Positions 49,127 through 60,215 of a DNA stretch of 64,000 nucleotides are shown one piece after another; the stretch's first letter is position 1; each line of letters starts with the position of its first letter. The notes beneath the pieces were generated by a model that was given only the letters and a program-made list of their open reading frames with translations, was not told the DNA's origin and made no database searches. The translations under genes were made by a program, and so were the position numbers. This DNA comes from Amoebophrya sp. A120 (Eukaryota > Protista > Dinoflagellata), in the NCBI GenBank assembly GCA_905178155.1, contig CAJINV010000010.1:3306587-3370586 (forward strand), given 5' to 3'.

Positions 49127-52100
49127 CCAGGGCGGGCAATATGCGTCACTGGCGAATTCTTCAGCGGCACGCCCACCACCTTTTTCGCCCGAATTCTCCT
49201 GTCCGAAATGGGCGGCGGCCGGAGCCATTCGCCCGGGCGGGGCTTCCATACCGGGGACGGCCGCGAGCGGAACTGGCGCGCGGGGGCCCGGCGGCGGTTC
49301 GGCATTGGGCCCACTGCTTTTGCCCGGGGCCCTTGGCGGGCGTGGCGGGGGCGGGGCTTTTACAAATTTCGCCGGGCGGGCTTTGGTCCTTTTCTTCTGC
49401 CCGGGCAAAAATTGCACGACGCGAGCAGGGGCTCGCGGCGCTGCCTGGGCTGTGCGCGTGGTCCGCTTCAGCGACAGGCCTGGCAGAACAGCCGCAACAC
49501 CCCGCGCAGCAGCTCCGGTGCGCAAGCGCGCGCCACTTGCATTGTGCGAAAGGAAAGCAATTGCCACAACAGACACGAAGGCAGTTAAAGCAACGCGGCA
49601 TTGTGCCGGCCATGTGCTTCCGCTTGTGTCGGTGCCCCCGCTGGGCCCGGAGGAAATTGGCGGACGGTTCTTCGCAATGGCCCCACTGCCAGCCGCAGTA
49701 ATCATTGCAGCGCGAGGAGGGAGGTCGGGCGCACCTGTCAGCGCATCACGGACAGCACCGGCTCCCGGCGTTTGCGATACCGCGGGTAATGTACTTTTTT
49801 GGGCGCCGTCGCGTTTCCCACAAAAATGGAAGTCCACCGCAAACCAAATTATTCCGAAGAACATCAGCCCGCACAGTGCCATCTGTGGCGCGGTCAGAAC
49901 CTGGCCAAAAACAACAAAGGAAAGAACCGTGAGAAGCAGGAAGCTCGCGTACCGGTAGCAAGATTGGGAAACCACATCTGTCAGCTTCGACAGCTCAGCC
50001 GTTGCCGTTGTCACCGCGAATCCGAGAAGACAACAAAGCACAATACACCCGACAAGAAGAAAGCTTCTGGACCTGTGCTGCAGCCCCTCTTGCGAAGATG
50101 AAGTCACAACGACGCCACAAGCCTCCATCAGTTCGGCTTCGAAGATTCGGAATGGCGCTCGGCCCTCGATGCCCAAAGCACCTACGAGCAGGCACAAAAA
50201 CTGCACGGCGCAAGCCCTGGCCGAGTACTGGACGACACAAATGGCGACTTTGCCTTTGGCAACTTCTTTGTCACCCATTCTGAGGTGGTCAGGATTTCCA
50301 TGGCGCGCAACCCTCCCCACCACCGGCGGGCCATCGGTGTCGACAAACCTGCCCGAAGACGAAGCTGCTGCAGTTCCCAGGCCGAGAAGCTGCTCCAGCA
50401 ACATGGGCAATCGCTTTTCCTCGTGCAAGCAGTACTGCCTAACCGCATCCTTCAGGCTGGAAAACAGAAGGGCGAGGAAGCAGAAGGCGGTGCCGAGCAG
50501 GGGACCCCACTGGCCCTGCTCGGTCTGGTCCAGTTCTTGTCCGCCCGCAGCTTCAGAGGGCTCGCCAGCTTTGTTCGCGTCCGATGGCGAGGCCACCAGC
50601 CACGCAGAGCCGACCGCACCACACAAGACCAGGCCCAGCTGCAAACAAACACGGAAGGGGCTCGGCAACGCGTGCCACGGAAAAAGGTACCTTCGGGCCA
50701 ACCATCGCGTGTCTTCATTTTCTCCTGATGGCGGCTGCCCGGTTGAAGATGCGAGTGTTGTGCGGCCATTCTGGGCCGCTTCCGCCCCCAAGGACGCATT
50801 CTCGGCCTTCCCCGCCTTAATGGCGGCCGCACTGGATGTCGCTTGGTGCTCATTCGCGTCACCTCTCCGATTTAGCGAATCCAGCAGAAAGAACACAACT
50901 ACATCCGACAGCAGCAGGTTTTTCATCAATACTCCGTAACTCGGCGGATCCAGGAGACTGAGCGCCAGATTGCAGTATGAAAGCAAATTCTTGCGCCAGG
51001 TGGTCGAGAGATCTGTGCGATGTGTACTGCAGTAGCAGCTTCGGTTTGTGCATAGAAAGAACCTTTGTAGTTTGTCATGAGCACCCAGCCAGGGCCGGAC
51101 TTCGACATGGCCACTGGCACTTCATCGCCTTCGCTCGGTTGTATGGCGCAGGCGCAGGCCCGCCCAGACCCAAATACTCCCGAAGTAATTCCATATTAAT
51201 TTCACTCTCCTGATTCTGACCTAGCGCAAGACTTCTATTGCAATAAAGAAAAGCCGATATTTACTGCACCAAAGAAACCGCCGAAATAAATCAGCGCACC
51301 GTAGTCAAGAGCGGGCGCCAATTGTGGTGCGCTTCGACCGATAGCAGAAGCTTTTTGGGCGCCTTCACCTTCAAGTGCGTGGCATTTTGTGCCCCAACAG
51401 ATTTGGGCGTCTTCATGATTGGCCCTGCCGGGGACAATTTCACCGTGCTCAGGCATCCTGCGCCCCGTGTTCATGAACGTCTGAGCCCCATGGCAACCGC
51501 CCTGCCTCTGCCTTTGCGGTTCTGCTGCATCGTAATCATGGTCTTCTTCACTAGAGGCCGTGGTGCTGGAACATGAAGAGGCCAGACGCAGTACGGTTGC
51601 GCCCACTATGGTATTGCCAAGTTGGAGTTTGGTCTTACATGGAAGAAATCCTGTGTATTTTTTTTTTGTAGGCGAAAACCTTGTGTAGAGGTGGCTCTGC
51701 TTCTTCTGTGTTCGACAGAAGCTGAGCTAGTACAGAGAGATCCCACGACCCGCGCCTTCTAAGTAGCATCGAGAGTAGGCAAAGCCGCCGGCGCTGCCTC
51801 AAAAATCTCTACGCGGATAATAAAAAAGCGGCGCTGGGCGCGACCACAAAATATGCAAAGTGGATGTAGGCAAACTCGTGAGCAGGCGGTGAAGGGGGCC
51901 GCTTGCCTCTTATCATGTCTTTGCGCTCGAAGAATCTCTTCCATTTTCAGACCTTTCTCCACCCCAAGCTGCTCATAGCTCCATCGTCACATTGCTGCGC
52001 GGTGCCCGGAAAAGGAATTGCAGTCGGCGCTTGTGCGATTCGTCGGGACTCAGTGGCGTTCTTCGTGCTCCCGCTCAAAAGTAGCTCTTCCCCCTCGACA

Positions 52101-52339
52101 ACCGCGGATGTATTTGAAGCGGCGCGAATGTTTCGACTACTTTTCGTCGTGCAAATAGGTGCTACAGCGGAAGAAAAAAGCAAGATAAGAACTCCGCAAA
52201 AGCTGTTGCAAGCCGAGATGAACAGCGGGTAGGGAAAATCCAGATGGACAAAGATAAACTTCATCGATAGCAAAAGTGCAGCGTACGCGAGACCTTGCGC
52301 TACAACAACAGCGCCCGTGGCCAAAAGCCCGCGCATCAT
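49127..52339 (-). CDS. Nucleotide-sugar/triose-phosphate transporter family (SLC35/DMT) protein, multi-exon
   Basis: LLLSMKFIFVHLDFPYPLFISAC, GAVNIGF, NLALSLL..SYGVLMKN and further hydrophobic helices ending LSFVVFGQVLTAPQMALCGLMFFGIIWF. One extra TM segment follows near 49540-49590. Confidence 0.8.
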
Positions 52340-52556
52340 TTTCAAGGTCAAATGTGTGTTGAAATATTTTCTCGACGCGACAAACTACATTCGTCTTGGG
52401 TCCTGCCCTTGTGAATTCGTGACCCTCGTAAAGAGGCAGAGAAGCTGATAGCAGGGACCTTCAGCTGTGAGCCGGGGCCGTGCTTCTAATTGCGAGGATA
52501 TCTTGGTGGCGTTACAAAACAATCTCTAGGGGGGACATCTAACACTAAGCTTTTTC

Positions 52557-52604
52557 GACTCCGATTACGAAGGGGTGCTCCTTGGTCGTCGTCTCGTTTC
52601 CTGT
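52557..52604 (-). promoter_or_regulatory. Conserved upstream motif copy (transporter gene)
   Basis: GACTCCGATTACGAAGGGGTGCTCC...TCTCGTTTCCTGT, 218-265 bp upstream of ATG 52339. Confidence 0.5.
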
Positions 52605-54131
52605 GGGAGTAATTCACCTTTTGAAATAATATATGCTTCAGTGTGGCGTGTTGCGAATTCTTCACTAACGGAAGTAGCTAATGAAGTAAAACAGTAGAAA
52701 AACGTATACTGGTGGTAATTACGTCAGTTTTTCATCATTACCAAGAACGAGGGCAGAGGGGAAACAAAATCGGGTGCACGAGGTCTCAGCACGACGTTCA
52801 TCTACGAGAGCACGATAAAAGATTGACTCGATGACGACGGCTCACCGATGGTATCATGAACGACGCAGCAAAGGATCCACTAGAAGCATTTCACAAAAAG
52901 TTGTGCACGAATGGCGCAAGACCAACAACTTTTACCGACGTATCTACACCTGAGTAAAAACGCGACCGAAGCAGAGGCTGCTGCACGTCTGCATCACATA
53001 CAGAAGCGCATGCCCATCTGCACCACATACATTTGCACGTCTACCACTCCCAAGCTGTCCTGAGGACATCATAGTAAAGTCATCCAATTCCGAACGCAAC
53101 GATTGATTTCCAGTACCACATAGCAGTCCTACAACTAGTACATATGAAATACTTACGAAGGAAGTGCGCGAGCAGCGAATTTTGGCACCTGGTGACTTGG
53201 CGCTAGTGGCTTCGCGCCTCGTGACTTGGATTCCCAGTCCTAGAGCTCCTCCCAGATGCCGAATCCCCGAAGACATCAGGAGGTGGCGTCCTCTAGTAAA
53301 GTACATCTCGGACTCGGAGTCGCCTCTCTCCAGCACTTCAAGTCTATCTATCTATCGTCCGAATCTAGGGCGCGACGCGAGCAGGTTCTGCGCCTTTGTC
53401 CACAGTGTCTTCCTGTCAAGTCCTTCAGAAGTGGGTACTCCAAACTTTAAAAGGAACTGCGAAACAAAGTAAAAGGGGACGAATACTGTAAATACTGAAG
53501 ATCTGAAACTGAAACTGATGTGACCACATCTAAAACTATTTGCTTATCTACGAACGTTTTTGAGTATCTTGGTAATGCTGCATTTGAAAGCACTAGAGGT
53601 AAGATCGTAACATTGACTGACTGGCATTTGCGATTATTATTTGACGAATTTGTCACAATCCAATTTTACGATGGTCTAGAACTACTCCTACAACTGTGCT
53701 CTATCTTTAAAAAAAAGTGAAATTAACGAAGTGAAGCGAAGTGAAGTTGAAAAGATCTCCCTTGCGAAGCTGGAGCCCTCATAGATACACAGAGATCCCG
53801 GCACCGTTACGCCGTCAGAAGATGAAATTGTGAGCATTGGTTTTGGTACTGCATCAGAAATAAAAGTGCGTAAAAAAAAATGAAAACCTTATATGAAGAA
53901 GTTGTAGATAATATTCATAACTGACCGGTAACAGACGAACATGCGAGGAAGAGGAACAGGAATGAACAGTAAGTATAAAATAAAAGAAACATACAGCAAG
54001 GATTCGCCATGCGTTCAAGCAAGGGAGGTTGCGCGGAAAATAAAACGAATAAGCGCGGCGCAATCCTAGAAATAGAACTTGGAAGACATTTGGCGAAAAG
54101 CTTGCCGGCCAAAACCACACCCAAAGCAAAT

Positions 54132-54343
54132 CTACTTTGGAGTGGTTCCCACCTCGAGATTCTGGCAGCTGCGCACCATTCCGCGCCACTTTTTGTACTC
54201 GCTTCGCAGTTCCGGTACATTGTACTCGAATTCCCAGTCCGTATATGCCGGGGCCCAGCTCGGAACGTAGGTAATGTGCGTGACGTTCCGAAGGAGCGCA
54301 ATGTTGTGGGAGCCCTTGAATTCCTCGTTGGAAATCTCGACCG
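54132..54343 (-). pseudogene. Duplicated 3' end of the GT61 gene (orphan or alternative terminal exon)
   Basis: VEISNEEFKGSHNIALLRNVTHITYVPSWAPAYTDWEFEYNVPELRSEYKKWRGMVRSCQNLEVGTTPK* is an in-frame paralog of the GT61 C-terminus. Confidence 0.7.
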
Positions 54344-55420
54344 CTGTAGTGATTCCCAGTAAGGGGAGAGAAGGGGGGAACCAACTTTCACCTCACTAAC
54401 TTTTCACCACTTTCTTCATCGCGCGCTTGGGTTTGGGGTGATGATTCACTTTCTTCTCCTTCGGCCTGCACGCACTCTCGTGCGCAACCATCTTGCTAAA
54501 AAAGCAGGGACTAGTTGCAGCTATTGCTGGTGCTGCTCATGGCCCTTTTATAAAATTCCTACACAATGCGCGCGATGTGTCGTGGGGGCTATAAAAATAC
54601 GGGGGAAAAGCACAACTAGCTTCCAATCGCAGAAAGCGCGAGCCACTCGTCCTTGGTCAGAGGCGTCACTTTGCAAACGAGATGGCCCAAGTCGAGACTG
54701 GAAGTCCTCGCTCACACACAAGGAAACGAGCGGCGCCCGGCACATGATGCCTAGAAGCAGATGAAAATTTGGTTCTTATTGGCCCAGGGTGGACACAGAA
54801 AAACAATGCGAGCACAAGCTTCTTCGAGAGCTTTAGAACTATCAGGCGAGCCAGGAACTGTTTATGTGTGTGTGTGACACAAAAACAAGAAGCTAGAGGA
54901 AGGGTTCGTTGAATTTTGCGGAAAGATAAGGGAAAAATCAAGTGAACTATAGGGGCGAGGCAGTGCTGCAAGACGAATTGGAATTCTTCTGGGTTTCTAA
55001 TTGATTAATTTTCTGCGAGGCCCTCACTAGAACGACAAATACCGCAAATCTGGCTGCTTCTGAACAAATGTATTCAAAGTGCATGGGGACGCGCGGGCTT
55101 CGCGTGCTATTTTCGTTTAGCAAACAGTAAAAGTAAAAAGTGAGCTAAAATATAAATAGTAAAAGTAGAAAATGCCCTTAAGTAATTGTAAAAATGCAAT
55201 GAGCTAAAGTAATTAATATTATGCTCATCTAAAATGTGAAAAACGGAACAAGGTTAGAAGCAAAAATTATACATGCATTCGAGACTGTGCGGAAAAAAAG
55301 AACGAACACGCTCTCTGGAGCAAGGGCTTGAACTTCGACAAAATGCCGCGAAAAAAAATGCCGGTCAGCATCACAGACAAAGCGAATCTACTTCGACGGA
55401 GTGGCCCCCGCCTCAAGACT

Positions 55421-58180
55421 CTAGCAGCTGCGCACCATTCCGCGCCACTTTTTGTATTCGTTTTGCAGTTCCGGTACATTATACACGAATTCTGAGTCCC
55501 CCCATGCAGGGCCCCAGCTCGGAACGTAGTTGATGTGCGTGACGTTCCGAAGGAGCGCAATGTTGTGGGCGCCCTTGAATTCCTCCTCGAAAATCTCGAC
55601 CGCAACTGAGCAGCTGTCGGGCTTCATGAGCAGGGCGCCCAAAGCGAATGTAGCTCCGTGCGGGCCAATCATGAGGCGAGCGTCCGCGAGTGCTTCCACC
55701 TGCTCCTCCACGGAGAGCACATCGGGATCGAAGTCTTCCACCATGCACGCGTCGAGCCCGCGGGGGCTTGCGCGCTGTCCGTCATCCAACGCCAAGGCGT
55801 TTTCCTCGGCTTGCAGGGCCTGTCGCGCCTCCTCGTGATTCGTAGCCCTGCGCCGATGGTCGTGGCGATTGTAAAACAAGACGTTGCATTTTCCGCCTCG
55901 AGTAGTCTGGGAACCCGCCGTGCCCACGCCGCCGTTCGCAGTTGTGGAAGTCGCAGTCGTTCCCTCTGCTTCGTGCCCGCGTTTGTGCAACACCTGCAAA
56001 ATACGGCGGCTTGCGGATTCGATCAGGGGTGCCCTTCCACGACAACTGCTAAAACGCCGAAACTCCCCGGTCTTGTTCTGTGTTACGGCATCTAAAGTAG
56101 AACTCCCGCTCTGGCACTCGGGTAGGCCCGGATATTTTTCCTTCAGGAATCTGCAATCTAGGCCAAAGGCTTCTTCGCCCTCTGAGCCGACAACAAAAAA
56201 CACATTTTTCCCCGTGAATCGTGCTTGCTGTTGGCGATGCTCCTCCACCTCCCGATGATCTGCGGCCCGCCCCGTCTGATACTCCGGGGGTGTATCAGCT
56301 CGGATGTAGTTGTTGCCGCCGAGCATTTGCCGGTAAAGATAGGGCAGCTTCGAGACACCTTCCGAACGGCTTCCAAATTTTTTCTGCAGGACGAGAATAC
56401 TGCCCTCATGGTCATGGCGTTCTCAACACTGGACCAACCTCAACTGGAACAGCATCTTGCACTCCGTTGCTTAAACTAAAACTGAAGATGCCAATGCCTG
56501 TAAGCATGATCATAGGCAGATTTAGAACAAAAATAAGGCGAAAAACAAGCAATAGTCTTTTCTACGTACGCCGTGCTGCAGGTTAGCATGACGCAAAGAA
56601 TGGCACATAAAGATATCGGCTCCTACTCTGTGTAACTTTTTGACCAAAATGGGATTGCCACGCAGCGGCGGTTCGGAGTCGTGCGGTAGCACGAACATGT
56701 TTAACCAGGTCGAATCTTGCATCGCAAACAGTTGCAGTTGAGATTGTTCCAGCTGGGCAACATGCCATACGGGAGTGGCTCATCCTCGTGGTTCGACTGC
56801 GTCTGTGTGTACAAGTTAGTGCTTTCATGACCATGTCCATGATGCTATCCAAAAGAAAAGAACAGCTCGCGCACCAGGACTATTCCGTGACTTACATGTA
56901 GAATCAATCAAATATTTTCTCTTTTTGGAGCCCGTGACCTACAGGAAAATCTAAATTCGGGCTCTGGCGGGAAAACATAAAACAATATCCAGTCGTAGGA
57001 TCATCGATCTCCTGTGTTGCGTGACAACTGCCTTTGCTACGGTTATTTACCCTTACGGACTCGCCAATCATGACAAATATTGGCTCCATGTACATCTTTT
57101 ACCTACATTTTTGAAGCAACATATGCAACAACTCAAATATGACCATGTGCGCAGCTGTGTTCTGTGTGATAGCTGCTGCTGCGCATCCGCTCCGAGAGGT
57201 TGCAGCTGCTCACGCGCCAACAGCTGCGTGATATGAACCGCGAGGGCTTGCGGCATTCCCTCGTAAGGGTTCCAGATATCGTCAAAATAGTTCAACACGA
57301 ACAAATTTTCCTGGACCGGCGCACCGCTCGCATTTACATTTTCCTGGACCGGCGCACCGCTCAAATTTTCCTGGACCGGCGCATTTTCTGCTGCGTAGTG
57401 CGGTGGCGAAACTTCTCCGATGATTTTCTTGGGAATGCGTACGGCAGTTTCTTTTGCCGCGAAACGGTTCAGCAACACCAAGTCAGAAGCCTCATCCACC
57501 TGCCACTCGCAATCCGCCTCCAGGGCCCAGCTCCAATCTTCATCCGTCGGTTGCCCGTCGCCGTCGCCAGGCTGACTCCGTGCTGCCGGCACTTTGACAA
57601 AAGTCAAGTTTCTTCCCCAACAATACGCACCCATTCCCAGCTTCTCAATCTTGTTGCCGGTGACATTCAGGTGTGGCCCACTGCACTGCAACCATGCGGT
57701 GGCGTTCCGTCCCGAGGAAAAGTGCCCACAAAGCACGACCGAATTGTGTTTGTACCGTTCCAGGAAGCCGGACCCGAAGTGCGCGTCGCAAAGATCGGCA
57801 ACATGCGACTCATGATCCGCTCCCGCATGCAGGCCCCGACGCCCAATTCCAGTTGCAACGGCAGTCGTGTCTCTGGTCTTGCTCACCTCACCCAAGAACG
57901 CTGACTTGCCCGGCTGCTCGTGCCGCAGTGCTCCGCGACCGCCGGCGAAATTCCGACGCCTCACTTCGCGCTGAGAGTGGCTGACAAGGGCCCCCGGTGC
58001 ACCTTTCTTCATGCCGTCAGGCCACACATAGCCAGACACGCCAAGAATGGTGGAGCCGAGAGCAGCTTCATCTTGCTCCCCAGATGAGAGAAGGACACGA
58101 GGCAGGGCACTCCACTCCGTCACGAGGGCCAACAAGGCGGGCCCAACACTACTTCTTGTTCTGCCTTGTTTCGACGTCAT
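55421..58180 (-). CDS. GT61-family glycosyltransferase (EOGT/POMGNT2-related), multi-exon
   Basis: VLFYNR..RRATN, LSVEEQVEALADARLMIGPHGA and AVEIF. N-terminal exon has CDAHFGSGFL...YCWGRNL. A 27-33 bp tandem repeat (APVQEN x3) lies at ~57300-57385. Confidence 0.8.
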
Positions 58181-59240
58181 GATAACTTTGTCACACCTCT
58201 CTTCGGTGCAACAGGACTGATGAAAAATGCAGGATTAGAAATTGTCGCACAATCGACTAATCGCTATGACAGTGTCGCCAGCTTTGTGTCGCTTTGCTTC
58301 TTACGTGCGAAACTCGAGTAAAAAGCAGGGTGAAAAAAGGCCGTGGATGACGAAAACTAGCTTGCTATAATGGTGCCGTCTAAAGATGAGTGAAGAAAAA
58401 CAAATGACTTAGTTGGGTCCCTTAACGATGATGGGGTCAACAAAGACAAACAAATTACGAATGCGAACGCGTGGGTCGTACCCGATGTCGGTAAGGGTAA
58501 TGCTGCTGCTGGTAGGAAAACTCGAACGGAAAGTCGGTACCGCACAACTGTTTTATGAAAAACACAAAAGGGGGCGAACGGCATGAAAGCAAGACGATGG
58601 CGCTAACGAGGTACGTATTATTTCTATACGAAATGTTGAAAATAGTTCTATTCATATTCTACTTTGCTGCACGAAGTCCTTATATTCGAACGATCCGCAA
58701 ACTCACACCGAAGATGGTGCTAGGAATGAAGCCGCAAACATCAAGTTCAAAGCACCGAAAAATGTCACAAATGCGCGAGCAGCAGTACAACTGGGACTGA
58801 CACAACGAAAAAAAGTTAGTTAGTACGTTATTTTTGTGCGCGAACGAGGAGTGCACTGTTAGAAAGGACGAACGGACGGCAGACCGAAAACGAAACGAAA
58901 CAAGAATCAAACCAAGCAGAAAAGTGCTGTCTGTTGACTAATCAAACATACTTATCTTTTTTGAGTGCGACTGCGATCTATTTCAAAGAGACGAAAAACA
59001 TTGGAAGGCACTTGCTTTAACGTCACAAGGAGGAACTTTTCCTCCCTAATTCCAGTCTGACTGTCTTGCTCTAAACAGGTTTTGTATGGGCAGCACGTCA
59101 GGACGACGAGGGAAAACACCACGACCGAGTACTATAGAGATAAAAACTAGGGTTTATGGTTTAGCCACATGCATTGCGCGATCCTGAGGTTTCTTGAAGC
59201 GCACGATTTCCCGGCCACGTGGACGAAAGTCTCATACTGT

Positions 59241-59853
59241 TGATGCCTGGTTGGGCACCGCGTTGTAATTGTAATTGTATGTTCATCCTTTACAACTTCC
59301 GCTAGTGCATGAAGCTGTAGATTTAGCGCACGCACAAGCCTGTGGTTGATTTGATGTAAAGAAGTCGTTTTCTACTACCTCTTCTAGTCGAGATGTTGTT
59401 GTTCCATCGAGCTTGTCTTATGTTGCAACAACCACCTCCGTTCTTCGGAAACTAGTAGTGGAGCAGGGATATAAAATTGAAGCAGTGCTGAAACAGATGA
59501 AACCGATTGTAAAAACTGGGGTACAGCTATATTATTTTTTACTTGCGCTTTTTCTATTTTCATTTCAGTTGCGTATTTCTTGGGATCCAATAAATGCCGC
59601 GGTGAAAGCATTGAAGAATTGTTAAAAGCAAGTACGAGATGAAGTTTGAGTGTTGTCTCTTGCACCCTTCCAGACCTTTTTGTAATCTACCTGCAATGTT
59701 AGTGGGTGCGCAGCAGGAGTAGCGAAGGTAGAGAGCATCAAATTGATGCTCTAGTCCAACCACTCCGAAGCTGCTCCAGAGGGAGCCACAGGCAGAGCGG
59801 AAGGGCCACGAGGACGGACGGGGGGAGAAATCCGTAATGTGATAGGGGAATGC
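59241..59853 (+). repeat. Dispersed upstream module Z, copy 3
   Basis: Closely matches 13779-14385. Confidence 0.85.
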
Positions 59854-60215
59854 CAAATTAGTAAGTAAATGCGAGGTTCAGAAAAAAAAAATGTTGGAAT
59901 AGAAATCATGCACCCTGCGCAAATTTTCCTAATCGTGATGGTCTCGCAGTTATCGAAATAGGTATGGCTAAGGCTAGGATAAAACGGCTAATGTTAAAAA
60001 TAGAAAAAACAATAACAATTAGCTTTGCGCTGTTAGTTATGCATACCCCTACGTAGCAGCTGCGCCAGTGCCGATTACGTATTGAAACTATAAAAAACGC
60101 TGCGCACTGCTATGATGGGGTCGCCCTTGCTAGAGAAGAAAACAAACTTGCTACATGAAGTGCAGTTTTCGTGTCCTTAATCGTTTTGGCTGTTTCGACA
60201 CCTCGCGAACCAGTT

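Noticed and set aside
57300-57385. Short direct repeats superficially like a CRISPR array (also 3981-4023)
   Set aside because: They are head-to-tail tandem repeats without unique spacers, in a eukaryotic context with no cas genes.
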